Below, one piece after another: positions 9,982 through 19,492 of a DNA stretch of 64,000 nt. The position numbers and the translations under genes were made by a program. The DNA is taken from contig OY729428.2 of assembly GCA_963422375.2 (NCBI GenBank), positions 2,592,001 through 2,656,000 of the forward strand, written 5' to 3'. The notes under the pieces are model-generated. The model was not told the DNA's origin and made no database searches. It worked only from the letters and a program-made list of their open reading frames with translations. This DNA comes from Bryobacterales bacterium. Lineage in GTDB: Bacteria; Acidobacteriota; Terriglobia; Bryobacterales; UBA6623. Each line of letters opens with the position of its first letter. Position 1 is the stretch's first letter.

Positions 9982-12846
9982 TCAAGGCTCGAATCGAATC
10001 CAAAGCGGGCTGGCCCACGCCATCGCCTCGTTCCGCTGCTTGAGACGCACGTAGTACATGTTCCATTCTCCCGGCGCCGCTTCGGCGTCGGACCAGTCCA
10101 AGTCGATCTCCCGCTGACCCGGCTGCATGGATGCGACGACTCTCGGCTTCTGCAGGCCCACCTGCCGAATGATTTCTACGCTGTCGATCAGCGCCGTGCC
10201 CTGCGCCTCGATCTGTAGGCGCGGCGCGACGTCGGTAGAGAACTCGTCCCCCATCAACCGTTCCCCCGAACGGACGACGAGAGCGATGTTGTCGTGCGCC
10301 GCGTACGAATGCCTCTCCTTGAGCGCCTTGATGATGCCCTCGCGCGAGTTCTCTTCCGCAAGCACGATCCCGTAGCTGATGTGCGTGGAAACGTGGTCGC
10401 TGCTGGCTTGGAAGCCCAGCCGGCGGCCCTTCTGGAACGCCTCCCAGATAAATCCCGCCGGCCGGTAGCCCTGGATCGTGTCGTCCGCGCCGGTCGCGGC
10501 GTTCGGTCCTCCCGACAGCTCGTAGCTCTGGCGGTGCCCTTGGAACAGTTCCACGACGGGCTCGACCTCGATGTCGCCGTCGCGCCAGTCCGTTCCCATG
10601 TTCGTCGCGGATGTGTGCGAGGAGCAAATCGCGTCGAAGTGCCGCAAGTACGCGAACAGGTTCTTGATATCGGGCGATCCCTCCTCCTCGGAACCGTTGA
10701 CCAGATTCGCGCCTCTCATTCGCGGCAGCGGGCGAATGCCGCGCCTAGGCAGCATGACGTTGCGGTGACCGCTGGGAAAGCTCACGCTGCGCTCGTAGGT
10801 GTACATGGCGCTGAACCGGTCCGGCGCGTGGTAGATGTCGGCGAGCTTCTGCTGCAGCCACCAGAGATACCCGTGGCCGACTGCGTAGTCGTGGTCACCG
10901 GGACCGATCCAGTCCATGTCCGCAACGTCCAGGCCGTACCGCCAGACCTCCTCGAAGGGGCCGTCCCAGTCCCGGTGGGACGAGAACTCGGTATGACGGT
11001 GGAATTCCCCCCGCAGGAACCGGAACGTTCGACCGCCCGCCTGCACGCGCCTCGCCCGGATGCTTTCGATCTGTGCCCTCTCGTCCGGGTGGACCGGCGT
11101 CGCGGTCGCTCGGGGAGCCCGTGGGTCAGCTGCACGCAGCTCGGGCCGGGCTGGCTCGCCGGTCGCGGCCAGTACCGCTTCGTACAGGTCGCTGTCCTGC
11201 CTGTTCCGCGCCTGCACCCGCTTGTCGCCGGCGAATACCGCCAGCAGGCCTCCGCCCGGCAGGCTCGCCATGCCGGGCTGTCGATCCAGCAGATGGTCCG
11301 ACGAAAGCAGCGCGACGGGACGCGACCACGCCCGGCCGTCGTAGAAGGATCCGAAGCTGCGCCAGCGCTCGCCGCGGCCCGTCTGCAACGGGTGCATGCG
11401 GAAGAGCACCCAAGGCCGCCCGGCTCCGTCAAAGGCCATGGCGGGAATGCTGATGCGCTGCCGCAGGCTGGTAGCGATCCGGGTGTCGTCGTGGTGGTAG
11501 TCGATCGCCGGCCCGCGAGGCAGCTCGACGGTCTCGTTCAGCGATCCGTCCCACACCCGGACCAAGATGTTCTTGTTGAGATACATCGGCGAGGCCTGCC
11601 TGCCGGTCCATCGATCGCCTGCGTCCTTGCCCCAGCCTTCGTCGGAGTCCTCGAACGCCACCCAGATCCGGTCCCGTCCGTCCACGGACACCGACGCGCG
11701 CGCCTCGAACCGGGGCGATCTCGCCACCGCGACGGGCTCGCCTCGGTCCTCCCCGTCGAACCGGCGGAGGTACACGTCGTAGTTGCCGTCGTGATAGGTG
11801 TCCCACGCGATCCAGGCGGCGCCCTTCGAGTCGGTGTCGATGGACGGCCTCCAGTCGTTCGCCTCGCTCGCGGACATGCGCACGGGCTCGCCGCCAATCC
11901 GGGCCGCGAATATGTCGAACCCGCTCTCCCTGCGCCCCTGCCAGGCGATGAAGTCGCCGCTGGCGACTACATTGAAGTCGCTGCCCGGATGCTCGGTGAG
12001 ACGCGTTTCCGTGCTCAGCACGCCGCTCGCGGCGCGAAACTCGCGGGCGTAGATGTCCCAGTTCCCGCCTCTCTGCTCGGACCAGACGACCGCGGCGTTC
12101 CCGTCGGGCAAGGCAGTCACCACGGGACGCCAAATATCCCGGGCCGGCGGGGTGGCGTAGACGGGATAGCTCCAGTTCCCGCCAGAGCGGCGCACGAGGG
12201 CAATCCGATCCCCGTTGCCGTCGAACTCAATCGAGTCGAAGTTGCCGTCCAGCGCAGCCTCCTCGTCAATGGGCTCGCCGGGCCGGTACTCAACATACGC
12301 GCATAGCACGGAATCGTCGAGCAGCGCGACACACGACGGAAAGTCCTCCTCGACCGCGCCGTTGGCAATCTCGGGGTTCGCGGGAACCCGCTCTACCTCG
12401 ACCCGCCCGTCAAGGAGCAGCGCCGGGCGGCCCACCGGAAGTTCCAGCGGAGCGAATTCGAAGCTCCCCTGCCCGGTGGAGACCTGAATCGTCCGGGCGA
12501 GGTCCTCCTCGCTGCCGCAGGCCGACGGCGGCAAGGCGAGTCTCGCGGATCCCGGCAGGACTCGCGGTGCCCTGCCTCCTCCGGCCAGCTTCAAGGGACT
12601 CGATTCCGACCCAGCCTCGAACGAGGCTGACCATTCCGCAACCCATCCGGTCGCGGTGCCGCTCCAGTCTGTCGGCGCGGAATCTCCGAGCCCCAAGCGC
12701 ATGGTCACGAGGCTCGAGGACTCGCATACCGCGCTACCGGCCGTCTGGGCGAGCGCCCTGGCCGGAATCGATTCAGGTGCCCGCGAAGAGAATACGAGAG
12801 CGATCGCGGCAAGCCCCAGCAGGAAGGCAGCCAAGGTCTTGTTCAT
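9982..12846 (-). CDS. Secreted protein with beta-propeller-like N-terminal repeats and a C-terminal PHP-like metallohydrolase domain
   Basis: Signal peptide MNKTLAAFLLGLAAIALVF; repeated W..../D+Y blades; metal motifs GEFHRHTEFS, GDHD, GHRN, SSHTS, ASSDH. Confidence 0.75.
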   Translation of the reverse strand: MNKTLAAFLLGLAAIALVFSSRAPESIPARALAQTAGSAVCESSSLVTMRLGLGDSAPTDWSGTATGWVAEWSASFEAGSESSPLKLAGGGRAPRVLPGSARLALPPSACGSEEDLARTIQVSTGQGSFEFAPLELPVGRPALLLDGRVEVERVPANPEIANGAVEEDFPSCVALLDDSVLCAYVEYRPGEPIDEEAALDGNFDSIEFDGNGDRIALVRRSGGNWSYPVYATPPARDIWRPVVTALPDGNAAVVWSEQRGGNWDIYAREFRAASGVLSTETRLTEHPGSDFNVVASGDFIAWQGRRESGFDIFAARIGGEPVRMSASEANDWRPSIDTDSKGAAWIAWDTYHDGNYDVYLRRFDGEDRGEPVAVARSPRFEARASVSVDGRDRIWVAFEDSDEGWGKDAGDRWTGRQASPMYLNKNILVRVWDGSLNETVELPRGPAIDYHHDDTRIATSLRQRISIPAMAFDGAGRPWVLFRMHPLQTGRGERWRSFGSFYDGRAWSRPVALLSSDHLLDRQPGMASLPGGGLLAVFAGDKRVQARNRQDSDLYEAVLAATGEPARPELRAADPRAPRATATPVHPDERAQIESIRARRVQAGGRTFRFLRGEFHRHTEFSSHRDWDGPFEEVWRYGLDVADMDWIGPGDHDYAVGHGYLWWLQQKLADIYHAPDRFSAMYTYERSVSFPSGHRNVMLPRRGIRPLPRMRGANLVNGSEEEGSPDIKNLFAYLRHFDAICSSHTSATNMGTDWRDGDIEVEPVVELFQGHRQSYELSGGPNAATGADDTIQGYRPAGFIWEAFQKGRRLGFQASSDHVSTHISYGIVLAEENSREGIIKALKERHSYAAHDNIALVVRSGERLMGDEFSTDVAPRLQIEAQGTALIDSVEIIRQVGLQKPRVVASMQPGQREIDLDWSDAEAAPGEWNMYYVRLKQRNEAMAWASPLWIRFEP

Positions 12847-12999
12847 GCCCAACATTGTAGTCGGCCACCGGCGTCGACCGGCGCGAGCGGGCAACGGCAG
12901 GTCGCGAGTCCGGACCACCGGTACCCGCCAAGGCCGCGCGACGCGGGCGCGTCCGGTGGCGCCGTCTCGCGCGCCGAAGAGAAACGACCGCGTCTCCGA

Positions 13000-13968
13000 C
13001 TAGTCCGACGCGTTTTCCCCCGCCTCGCCCTCTGATCTGTCACGGGATCCTCGCACGAACTGCCAGCCGAAGCGCCCCTTGATGCACAGGTTGCCCGAGG
13101 TCACGTCCTGGTCGAGCGGGGACGTAGCCTTGACGATTCGATTGTCCTGCGTGTGGAGGGTCAAGGTGCAGCCGACCCCGCAATAGGGGCAGATCGTGTC
13201 CGTCTGCCGCTGCTCGGACTCGTCCCACTCGCCGGCCTGACGCAGGTCGTGCTCGCTCTTGAACATGAGCGCGCCAGTGGGGCACACGCCAATGCAGTTC
13301 CCGCAGTAAACGCATGCGGAGTCCGGCAGATCCCCGTCGAATTCGGTGGCGATGCGCGCGTCGAAGCCCCGACCCGCCACCGCGATCGCGAAGGTGTTTT
13401 GCGCATCCACGCCGCACGCTTCGACGCACTTGTAGCAAAGAATGCATTTCGCGTAGTCGCGGATGTACAGCTCGTTATCGATCTTCGGGGGTTCGTCGTT
13501 GGCTGCCGCGGGCGCGCCCTCGTCGCCGTAGCGACCGGGATCCGCTCCGTACCGTTCCAGGTACCCTCTCAGTTCCGGCGCGGTCTCGACGTTCGTGCTC
13601 GACGCCAGGAACTCCAAGACCATGCGGCGGCTCAGCCGGACGCGCTCGGAATCGGTGCGAACCTTCATCCCGGATTGCGCCTCGCGCGCGCAGGCGGGGA
13701 CCAGCGTCCGCGAGCCTTCGAGCTCGACCACGCAAACCCTGCAAGCGTTCACCGGCGTCAGCGTCTCCAGATAGCAGAGCGTGGGCGTGTCGATGCCGCA
13801 CTGACGGCAGGCGTCAAGGATCGTGGAACCCACCGGGATGCTGACCGAGGACCCGTCGACGGTCAGCTCGACCAGCGGGGCGGACGGGCCGGCGGGGCGG
13901 ACGGGCAATGGACCGGGCGGCACCGGAATCTCGAGGCGCGGCGCCGGCGCGTCGGGTTCGTAGCTCAC
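13000..13968 (-). CDS. Fe-S subunit of NAD-linked formate dehydrogenase (detached FdsA/NuoG-like N-terminal module)
   Basis: GTG 13968 with GAGGAG SD, overlapping the upstream TGA; 2Fe-2S motif PTLC...CRVCVV...C; CILCYKCVEAC; CVYCGNCIGVCP; molybdopterin 4Fe-4S motif TICPYCGVGC...LCIKG. Confidence 0.88.
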   Translation of the reverse strand: MSYEPDAPAPRLEIPVPPGPLPVRPAGPSAPLVELTVDGSSVSIPVGSTILDACRQCGIDTPTLCYLETLTPVNACRVCVVELEGSRTLVPACAREAQSGMKVRTDSERVRLSRRMVLEFLASSTNVETAPELRGYLERYGADPGRYGDEGAPAAANDEPPKIDNELYIRDYAKCILCYKCVEACGVDAQNTFAIAVAGRGFDARIATEFDGDLPDSACVYCGNCIGVCPTGALMFKSEHDLRQAGEWDESEQRQTDTICPYCGVGCTLTLHTQDNRIVKATSPLDQDVTSGNLCIKGRFGWQFVRGSRDRSEGEAGENASD

Positions 13969-15812
13969 TGAATGCTCCTCGAAAAGATGGGAAACCGCGC
14001 CAACGCGGAATCCACCGCGCTGGCGGCCGTGTGCCCGAGACCACAGATGGAGGCGTCGCGCATCACTTGGGAGATGTCCTTCAGCAGATCCTGCTCCCGT
14101 TCCAGGGAACCAAGCGGGCGTTCCGACCGCAGGCGGGCCAGCAGCTCCTGCTGGCGCACCGTGCCGACGCGACACGGCACGCACTGCCCGCAGCTCTCGT
14201 GGCGGAAGAACTCTGCGATCCGGCACAGGATCGCGCCAAGGTCGGCGCGGGCATCGAACGGCATCACCACGGCCGAACCGACCGTCGCGCCGATGGCGCG
14301 CATCGCTTCGAACGTGAACGGCACATCGAGCTCGTCCGGTCCCAGGAAGGCCCCGGCCGCCCCGCCGACGAGCACAGCCTGCATCTCCGACCCCTCTGGG
14401 ATTCCGCCGGCGAGATCGATCAGGTCGCGCACGGTGACGCCGAACGGGGCTTCGTACACGCCAGGGCGGGCCACGCTGCCCGAGAGGCAGAACAGCTTGG
14501 GCCCCGTGGACTTCGGCGTTCCCGTGGAGGCGAAGGCGCTCCCGCCCTCGAGAAGGATCCGGGGCACGTTGGCAAGCGTCTCGACGTTGTTGACCAGCGT
14601 CGGGCGACGGAAGAGGCCGGCCTGCGTCGGATAAGGGGGCTTGTTGCGAGGCTCGCCGCGATATCCCTCCACCGAATTGAACAGCGCCGTCTCCTCGCCG
14701 CAGATGTACGCCCCGCCGCCGCGCCGGATTTCGATAGGGCAGGCCGACTCCAGCAGGCCCGCTTCCTCGAACTCCGCGATCGCGCCTGCCAGCCTCTCGG
14801 CAGCGCGGGGATACTCCCCGCGGACGTATGCGTAGGCGCGCTCGCAGCCCGTAGCGAACGATGCGATAGCCATCGCCTCGACCACCGCGTACGGGTCGCC
14901 CTCCATGAGGACGCGGTCCTTGAAGGTGCCCGGCTCCGACTCGTCCGCGTTGCACACCAAGTACTTGGGGCCTTGGGCCATCATCACGGCGCGCCATTTC
15001 ACGCCCGCCGGGAAGGCGGCTCCCCCCCGCCCGACCAAGTTGGACTTCTCGACCTGGCTGACCGCCCAATCGGGACCCCTGGAGACGGCCCGGTCGAGCG
15101 CTTCGAGCCCTCCGCTTCTCCGGTAGCCCTCGAGGCTCTTCGAGCCGTCGGCGCCAATCCGGCGCAGAATCTGAAGCGACGGGTCGCCGGACTGCGGCAC
15201 CGAATCCGCGACTGGGCGCGCGTCGCATTCCCCCGGTCCGCCCTCCGCGAGGCAGGCCATGACCTGCGGAGGCTCGACCGGAGCCAAGACGCGGTTCCAA
15301 GGCCGCTCGCCAGCGCCGGTGACGAGGACGGCCGGCGCCCTCTCGCACAACCCCAAGCAAGGGCTCCGCACCCAAGGCGAGTCGCTGCTCTCGCCGTGCC
15401 TTCCCGGCGGGCCCAAGCCCCGCTGCATCGCCGAGCATATGTCCTCTGCCCCTTGGGCGATACATGCGATGTCGTCGCATACCCTAGCCACCACCGGAGG
15501 CCGCGGCTGCGTCGCCAGGAGGTCGTAGAAGCTGGCAACGCCATAGGCTTCGGCTGGAGGCACGTCGAGCCGCAGGCATGCGTAGTTCAGCGCCCCTCGG
15601 CTGATCCAGCCGACTCTCCCTTGGATAGCGAGCAGGACGGGTAGGAGCAGGTGCCGGCGGCTTCCGGGCCGGCCCATGGCCCGGGAAGTCCGCTCCTCCG
15701 CAGCCGAAGAACGGGAGCCTCCGTACCATCGCGATTCGGCCGATCCTAGGATCGAATCAACCGCTGATCGCTCGGCCTCGCTCGCCTCGTGCGCGGTGAA
15801 GTGTAGATCCAC
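13965..15812 (-). CDS. NuoE-NuoF (FdsG-FdsB-like) fused diaphorase subunit
   Basis: YGVASFY, CDDIAC, PCLGLC (NuoE-like); GRGGAAFPAGVKW, CNADESEPGTFKDR, GGGAYICGEETAL, ESCGQCVPCRVG, SICGLG (NuoF-like); GTG start after GGAG. Confidence 0.92.
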   Translation of the reverse strand: MDLHFTAHEASEAERSAVDSILGSAESRWYGGSRSSAAEERTSRAMGRPGSRRHLLLPVLLAIQGRVGWISRGALNYACLRLDVPPAEAYGVASFYDLLATQPRPPVVARVCDDIACIAQGAEDICSAMQRGLGPPGRHGESSDSPWVRSPCLGLCERAPAVLVTGAGERPWNRVLAPVEPPQVMACLAEGGPGECDARPVADSVPQSGDPSLQILRRIGADGSKSLEGYRRSGGLEALDRAVSRGPDWAVSQVEKSNLVGRGGAAFPAGVKWRAVMMAQGPKYLVCNADESEPGTFKDRVLMEGDPYAVVEAMAIASFATGCERAYAYVRGEYPRAAERLAGAIAEFEEAGLLESACPIEIRRGGGAYICGEETALFNSVEGYRGEPRNKPPYPTQAGLFRRPTLVNNVETLANVPRILLEGGSAFASTGTPKSTGPKLFCLSGSVARPGVYEAPFGVTVRDLIDLAGGIPEGSEMQAVLVGGAAGAFLGPDELDVPFTFEAMRAIGATVGSAVVMPFDARADLGAILCRIAEFFRHESCGQCVPCRVGTVRQQELLARLRSERPLGSLEREQDLLKDISQVMRDASICGLGHTAASAVDSALARFPIFSRSIQ

Positions 15813-15916
15813 TCTGGCTCCGTGTAGGCCGTGGCGGATAGCCGCAGCGACCGCCCGTGGCCGAGCGAGCCCCGGCCGGTCGCGCGGTCGCAATCCGGCG
15901 ACCGGGCCCGCCTGCG

Positions 15917-17836
15917 TCAATCGCCGCTCAGGGCGGCACCCATCTTATCAACGCGAATCGCCGTGGCCTTGAACTCGGCGGTGCCCGACTTGGGATCGAC
16001 AGCGTCGATCGTGAGCTTGTTGGTGTCGACCTCGTCGGGAAAGTGGGTCGTCATGAACGCCAGGCCCGGGGGCAGCGCCGGATCGAATCGGACCCTTGCC
16101 CGGACCGAGCCCCGCCGGGAGGTCACGATGACCCGCTCGAATTCCTCGAGGCCCTGCCGCGCCGCGTCTTCCGGCGACAGATCCAGCGTCTCGCCCCACC
16201 GAAGCGGCGACGAGTACAGCCCGCTCTGAACCCCGGTGTTGTACGAGTCGAGCCGACGGCCCGTGGTCAGGCGAATCGGATACTCGCCATCGAGCCGGTC
16301 GACCGGCGGGCGGTGCTCGGCGATTCCGAACGGAGCGCGAGGTCCGAGGAGCGGATAGGCCCAGAGGCGACCGTGCAGGAACAACTCGCCGGGGTGCGAC
16401 TCGTCGTAGCAGGGCCAGCGAAGACCTCCGTGCATCTCGAGGCGCTCGTAGCTCATGCCGGCGTGCATGGGGCTGAGCCCGCGCAGCTCGTTCCAAATGG
16501 TTTCAGCGTCCGGCTCCCCCCAATCCCGGCCCAGCTGCCGCGCAAGATCGAACAGAATCCGCATATCGTCGCGCGCCCCCGGCGGCGGGTCCACCGCGCG
16601 CCGCACTCGCTGAACTTTGCGCTCGCTGCTCGTGACCGTGCCCTCGCACTCCGCCCAGCCCGCTTGGGCCGGCAGCACGACGTCGGCAATCTCCGCGGTC
16701 TGGGTGAGGAAGATGTCCTGGACGACGAGAAACTCCAATCCCTGCAGGAGGCGGAGCGCGCGCGCTTGGTCCGCCTCGGACACGACCGGGTTCTCGCCAA
16801 GCACGAACAAGGTCGTCAGGTCTCCGCGTTCCATGGCGTCGAACATGCCGCTCAAGTGCCAGCCCTTCCTCGGCGGGATCGTGCAATTCCACCGCGCCTC
16901 GAACTTGGACCGGAGGGCCGGGTTCTCGAGGTGCTGGAAGCCGGTCAGGCGGTCCGGCAGCGCTCCCATGTCTCCGCCGCCCTGCACGTTGTTCTGCCCT
17001 CGCAGCGGGACGAGGCCCGAGCCGTACCGCCCGACGTGACCGGTGAGCAGGGCGAGGTTGATCAGGCCGCGTACGTTGTCCACGGCGTTGTGATGCTCGG
17101 TGATTCCGAGGGTCCAGCAGAGCTGTGCCGTCGGCGCCTTGGCGTATGCGTGCGCAAACTCCCGGATGGCCTCGCGCGGCACGCCGGTCTCGCGCTCGGC
17201 GTACGCGAGCGTGCAGTGCTCGATGGATTGCCTGAAAGCGTCGAGTCCGCTCGTCGCGCGCTCGATGAACTCGCGGTTCTCCAGACCCGATGCGAGGATT
17301 TCGCGCGCGACGGAATTGGCCAAGGCGAGGTCGCTACCCACGTCCAGCCCCAGCCAGCAGTCCGCCCACTGCGCGGAACTCGTCCTACGGGGATCGACCA
17401 CGTACAGCGAGGCGCCGCCGCGAATCCCCTTCAGGACGTGGTGGAAGTAGATCGGGTGTGTCTCGCGGGCGTTCGACCCCCACAGGACGATCAGATCCGT
17501 TCGCTGGGCCTCCTCGTAGGAGCTAGTGCCGCCCCCGGCTCCGAATGCTGCCGCCAGACCGGCGACGCTAGGGGCGTGTCAAGTGCGGTTGCAGCTGTCG
17601 ATGTTGTTGCTACCGACAACGCTCCGCACGAACTTCTGTGCAACGAAGTTCAATTCGTTGGTGGTCTTCGAACAGCTAAACATGCCGAACGAGCGCTCGG
17701 CCCCACGGTCCATCGCGTGCTGTATGGCTGCCGCGGTCAGGTCGAGCGCCTCGTCCCAGCCGGCTGGACGCAACGCGCCGTTCTTCCGTACGAACGGGCG
17801 GGTCAGCCTTGGAGATCGCTTTGCGTTTCGCGCCAT
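15917..17836 (-). CDS. Selenocysteine-containing formate dehydrogenase catalytic (Mo/W-bis-PGD) subunit, about 639 aa
   Basis: ORFs 17579-17836 and 15917-17401 are one frame separated only by TGA 17579-17581 in NNIDSCNRT-U-HAPSVAGL, the FdhF Sec site; LRGQNNVQG motif; C-terminal LTTGR...PEFK-like domain. Confidence 0.92.
17550..17566 (-). promoter_or_regulatory. Bacterial SECIS-like hairpin
   Basis: mRNA UGA-CACGCCCCUAGC-GUCGCC-GGUCU-GGCGGC: 6-bp stem with a GGUCU loop beginning 12 nt after UGA, resembling the E. coli fdhF SECIS. Confidence 0.85.
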
Positions 17837-18456
17837 ACGGCCTAGATCATAGCCCAGAACTCAGTTCCGCGACGAGCGGCGTGATCCCTAGACATGGAGA
17901 TCGCACGCCCTAGCCTTGCCTGCCAAGAGCGCGGGGCCGCGCCAACCGAGCCAATCCCTCGGCAAGATGACTGAGGCGACGCTGCACGCCGTCCTCGAAC
18001 ATGTATGACGGGCCCGCCGGCCGCTGGCACGGCAAGTGGCACGGGAGCGCGGTGTGGGGGCAACCAACGTGCCGCAGTTCGTCGAATGCACTGCAACCAA
18101 CGTGTCGGGCAAATCCTCCGACCGCCGAGTGCCGGCTGGAGCGTGGCCAGGCAGTTCCAGGTTCGCACCGCGGTCACGTCCAAGGACATGAACGAGCGAG
18201 CACCGCGTGGCTGTCGACGAGCACGGGCAAGGCCAGCGGAGGGAGACAGGGCAAGAATTACACTGCCACACCCGGCCTGCGCCGAACCGGCAAAGGCCGA
18301 CATGCTCGAGCCGCCATGAATGGCGACTCCGATCTGGTCACGCGGAGCCCAGCCCGCTCACAAACCCCCTTTACGCGGGCTCCCTCGTGAGTCACTCGGG
18401 GGAGTGCTGCGAGGAACCTTGCGCGGAGGACAAGGCCGTGCTATGATAATCGGTCG

Positions 18457-18858
18457 GTGGCAGACTTGGCCCGTAATGGCAGCGGTGAGCCCTCGTCGGC
18501 AACCTTTGGTTCAGAACTTGGCGAGTGGCTTAGGACAATGCGGACTCAGTGGCTCGGACTCGTAGAGCCGGGACTTTCTAGACGCACTCGCTTTCTGTAT
18601 GCCCTTTTTGGCTCTCTAAGCCTCTTCCTGTATATTGTTCCCACGATTAATCTTCGAGAGAGTCCATCGCCTCCTGCGGAATTGGATCCTCTTCCTGAGG
18701 TCACAAAGTGGGTTATTGCTGTAGCTCTTAGTGGTCTCTTTGCACACTTGGCAAGTTGGAGGGAAGCAGGATACAGTCCTGCTAAATTGTAATTCTCAGG
18801 GCTAATGCTGCCTGCGTGGGCTGTATACGTTCTTTCGACAATCATCGGAGCTATATGA
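18457..18858 (+). pseudogene. Low-GC small membrane protein with an in-frame stop
   Basis: Two hydrophobic helices; after TAA (18790-18792) the frame continues with a third, FSGLMLPAWAVYVLSTIIGAI*; TGCTATGAT extended -10 just upstream. Confidence 0.45.
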
Positions 18859-19016
18859 TACCGTATGAATTTGAACGACCGGAAGGCACTGGACAGATCT
18901 GCACGGAGATATGAAATGCAGCACCTACTTGCTACTTGCGAGTCTAGTTCGATCCCTACGAATTCTATCTATCTGTAACGTCTACTCTTGGCGCTGGTCT
19001 AGCACTTGCAGACGAG

Positions 19017-19469
19017 GTGCCAGTATCCGTCGAGTCAGCCGAAAAGCAAGAGAAGAGTAGCGGGCAACAGAACGGTATCGAGCCTGTGGCGCAAGATGCA
19101 AGCCTGTCAGTGCGGCTAAGATTCGCCGTTCAGCTGTATCTCTACCCAAGAGAGTTTCGAAGCGTGTCTTCAATTCTTGGGTTTCGCCTTGCAACACTCT
19201 GTGATCACAAGAGATTGCAAGATGGACAATCAGAATCACCCGATCTAGGACGAGCCATTGTCATAGGAGACGAACGTAAATCGAAGAACGGCATGATTAC
19301 TGACCAATCTCGCAGACTATTGAAACTAGAAGAAGCACTTCAGCCGAACAGCAGCGACGGAACACAGACAATTGAAGCAATTTGTGACGCCTATCGCGAT
19401 AACAAGGATGGACTCGTTCTTGCAACTGTCCGTCATGGTGTGCCAATCCGAGCGACGAAGAGACATTAG
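19017..19469 (+). CDS. Low-GC hypothetical ORF, possibly a remnant
   Basis: 150-codon ORF in an AT-richer patch, GAGG at the start; no recognisable motif. Confidence 0.25.
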   Translation: MPVSVESAEKQEKSSGQQNGIEPVAQDASLSVRLRFAVQLYLYPREFRSVSSILGFRLATLCDHKRLQDGQSESPDLGRAIVIGDERKSKNGMITDQSRRLLKLEEALQPNSSDGTQTIEAICDAYRDNKDGLVLATVRHGVPIRATKRH

Positions 19470-19492
19470 CGTTCCATGATGGACAAAGGGGA

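Noticed and set aside
10294..12306. Long antisense or alternative-frame ORFs (also 13908-15644, 15857-17845, 24158-26113, 55207-56985)
   Set aside because: Shadow ORFs of GC-rich coding DNA; R/A/P/G-rich and without motifs.
13969..15480. 504-aa N-terminal extension of the Fe-S subunit in the ORF track
   Set aside because: Overlaps the NuoEF gene in another frame; a GTG with SD and GTGA coupling at 13968 is the better start.
17837..18400. Moco/Wco riboswitch upstream of the FDH operon
   Set aside because: No recognisable consensus, and a -10 box lies only 9 nt from the ATG, leaving no room for a leader.
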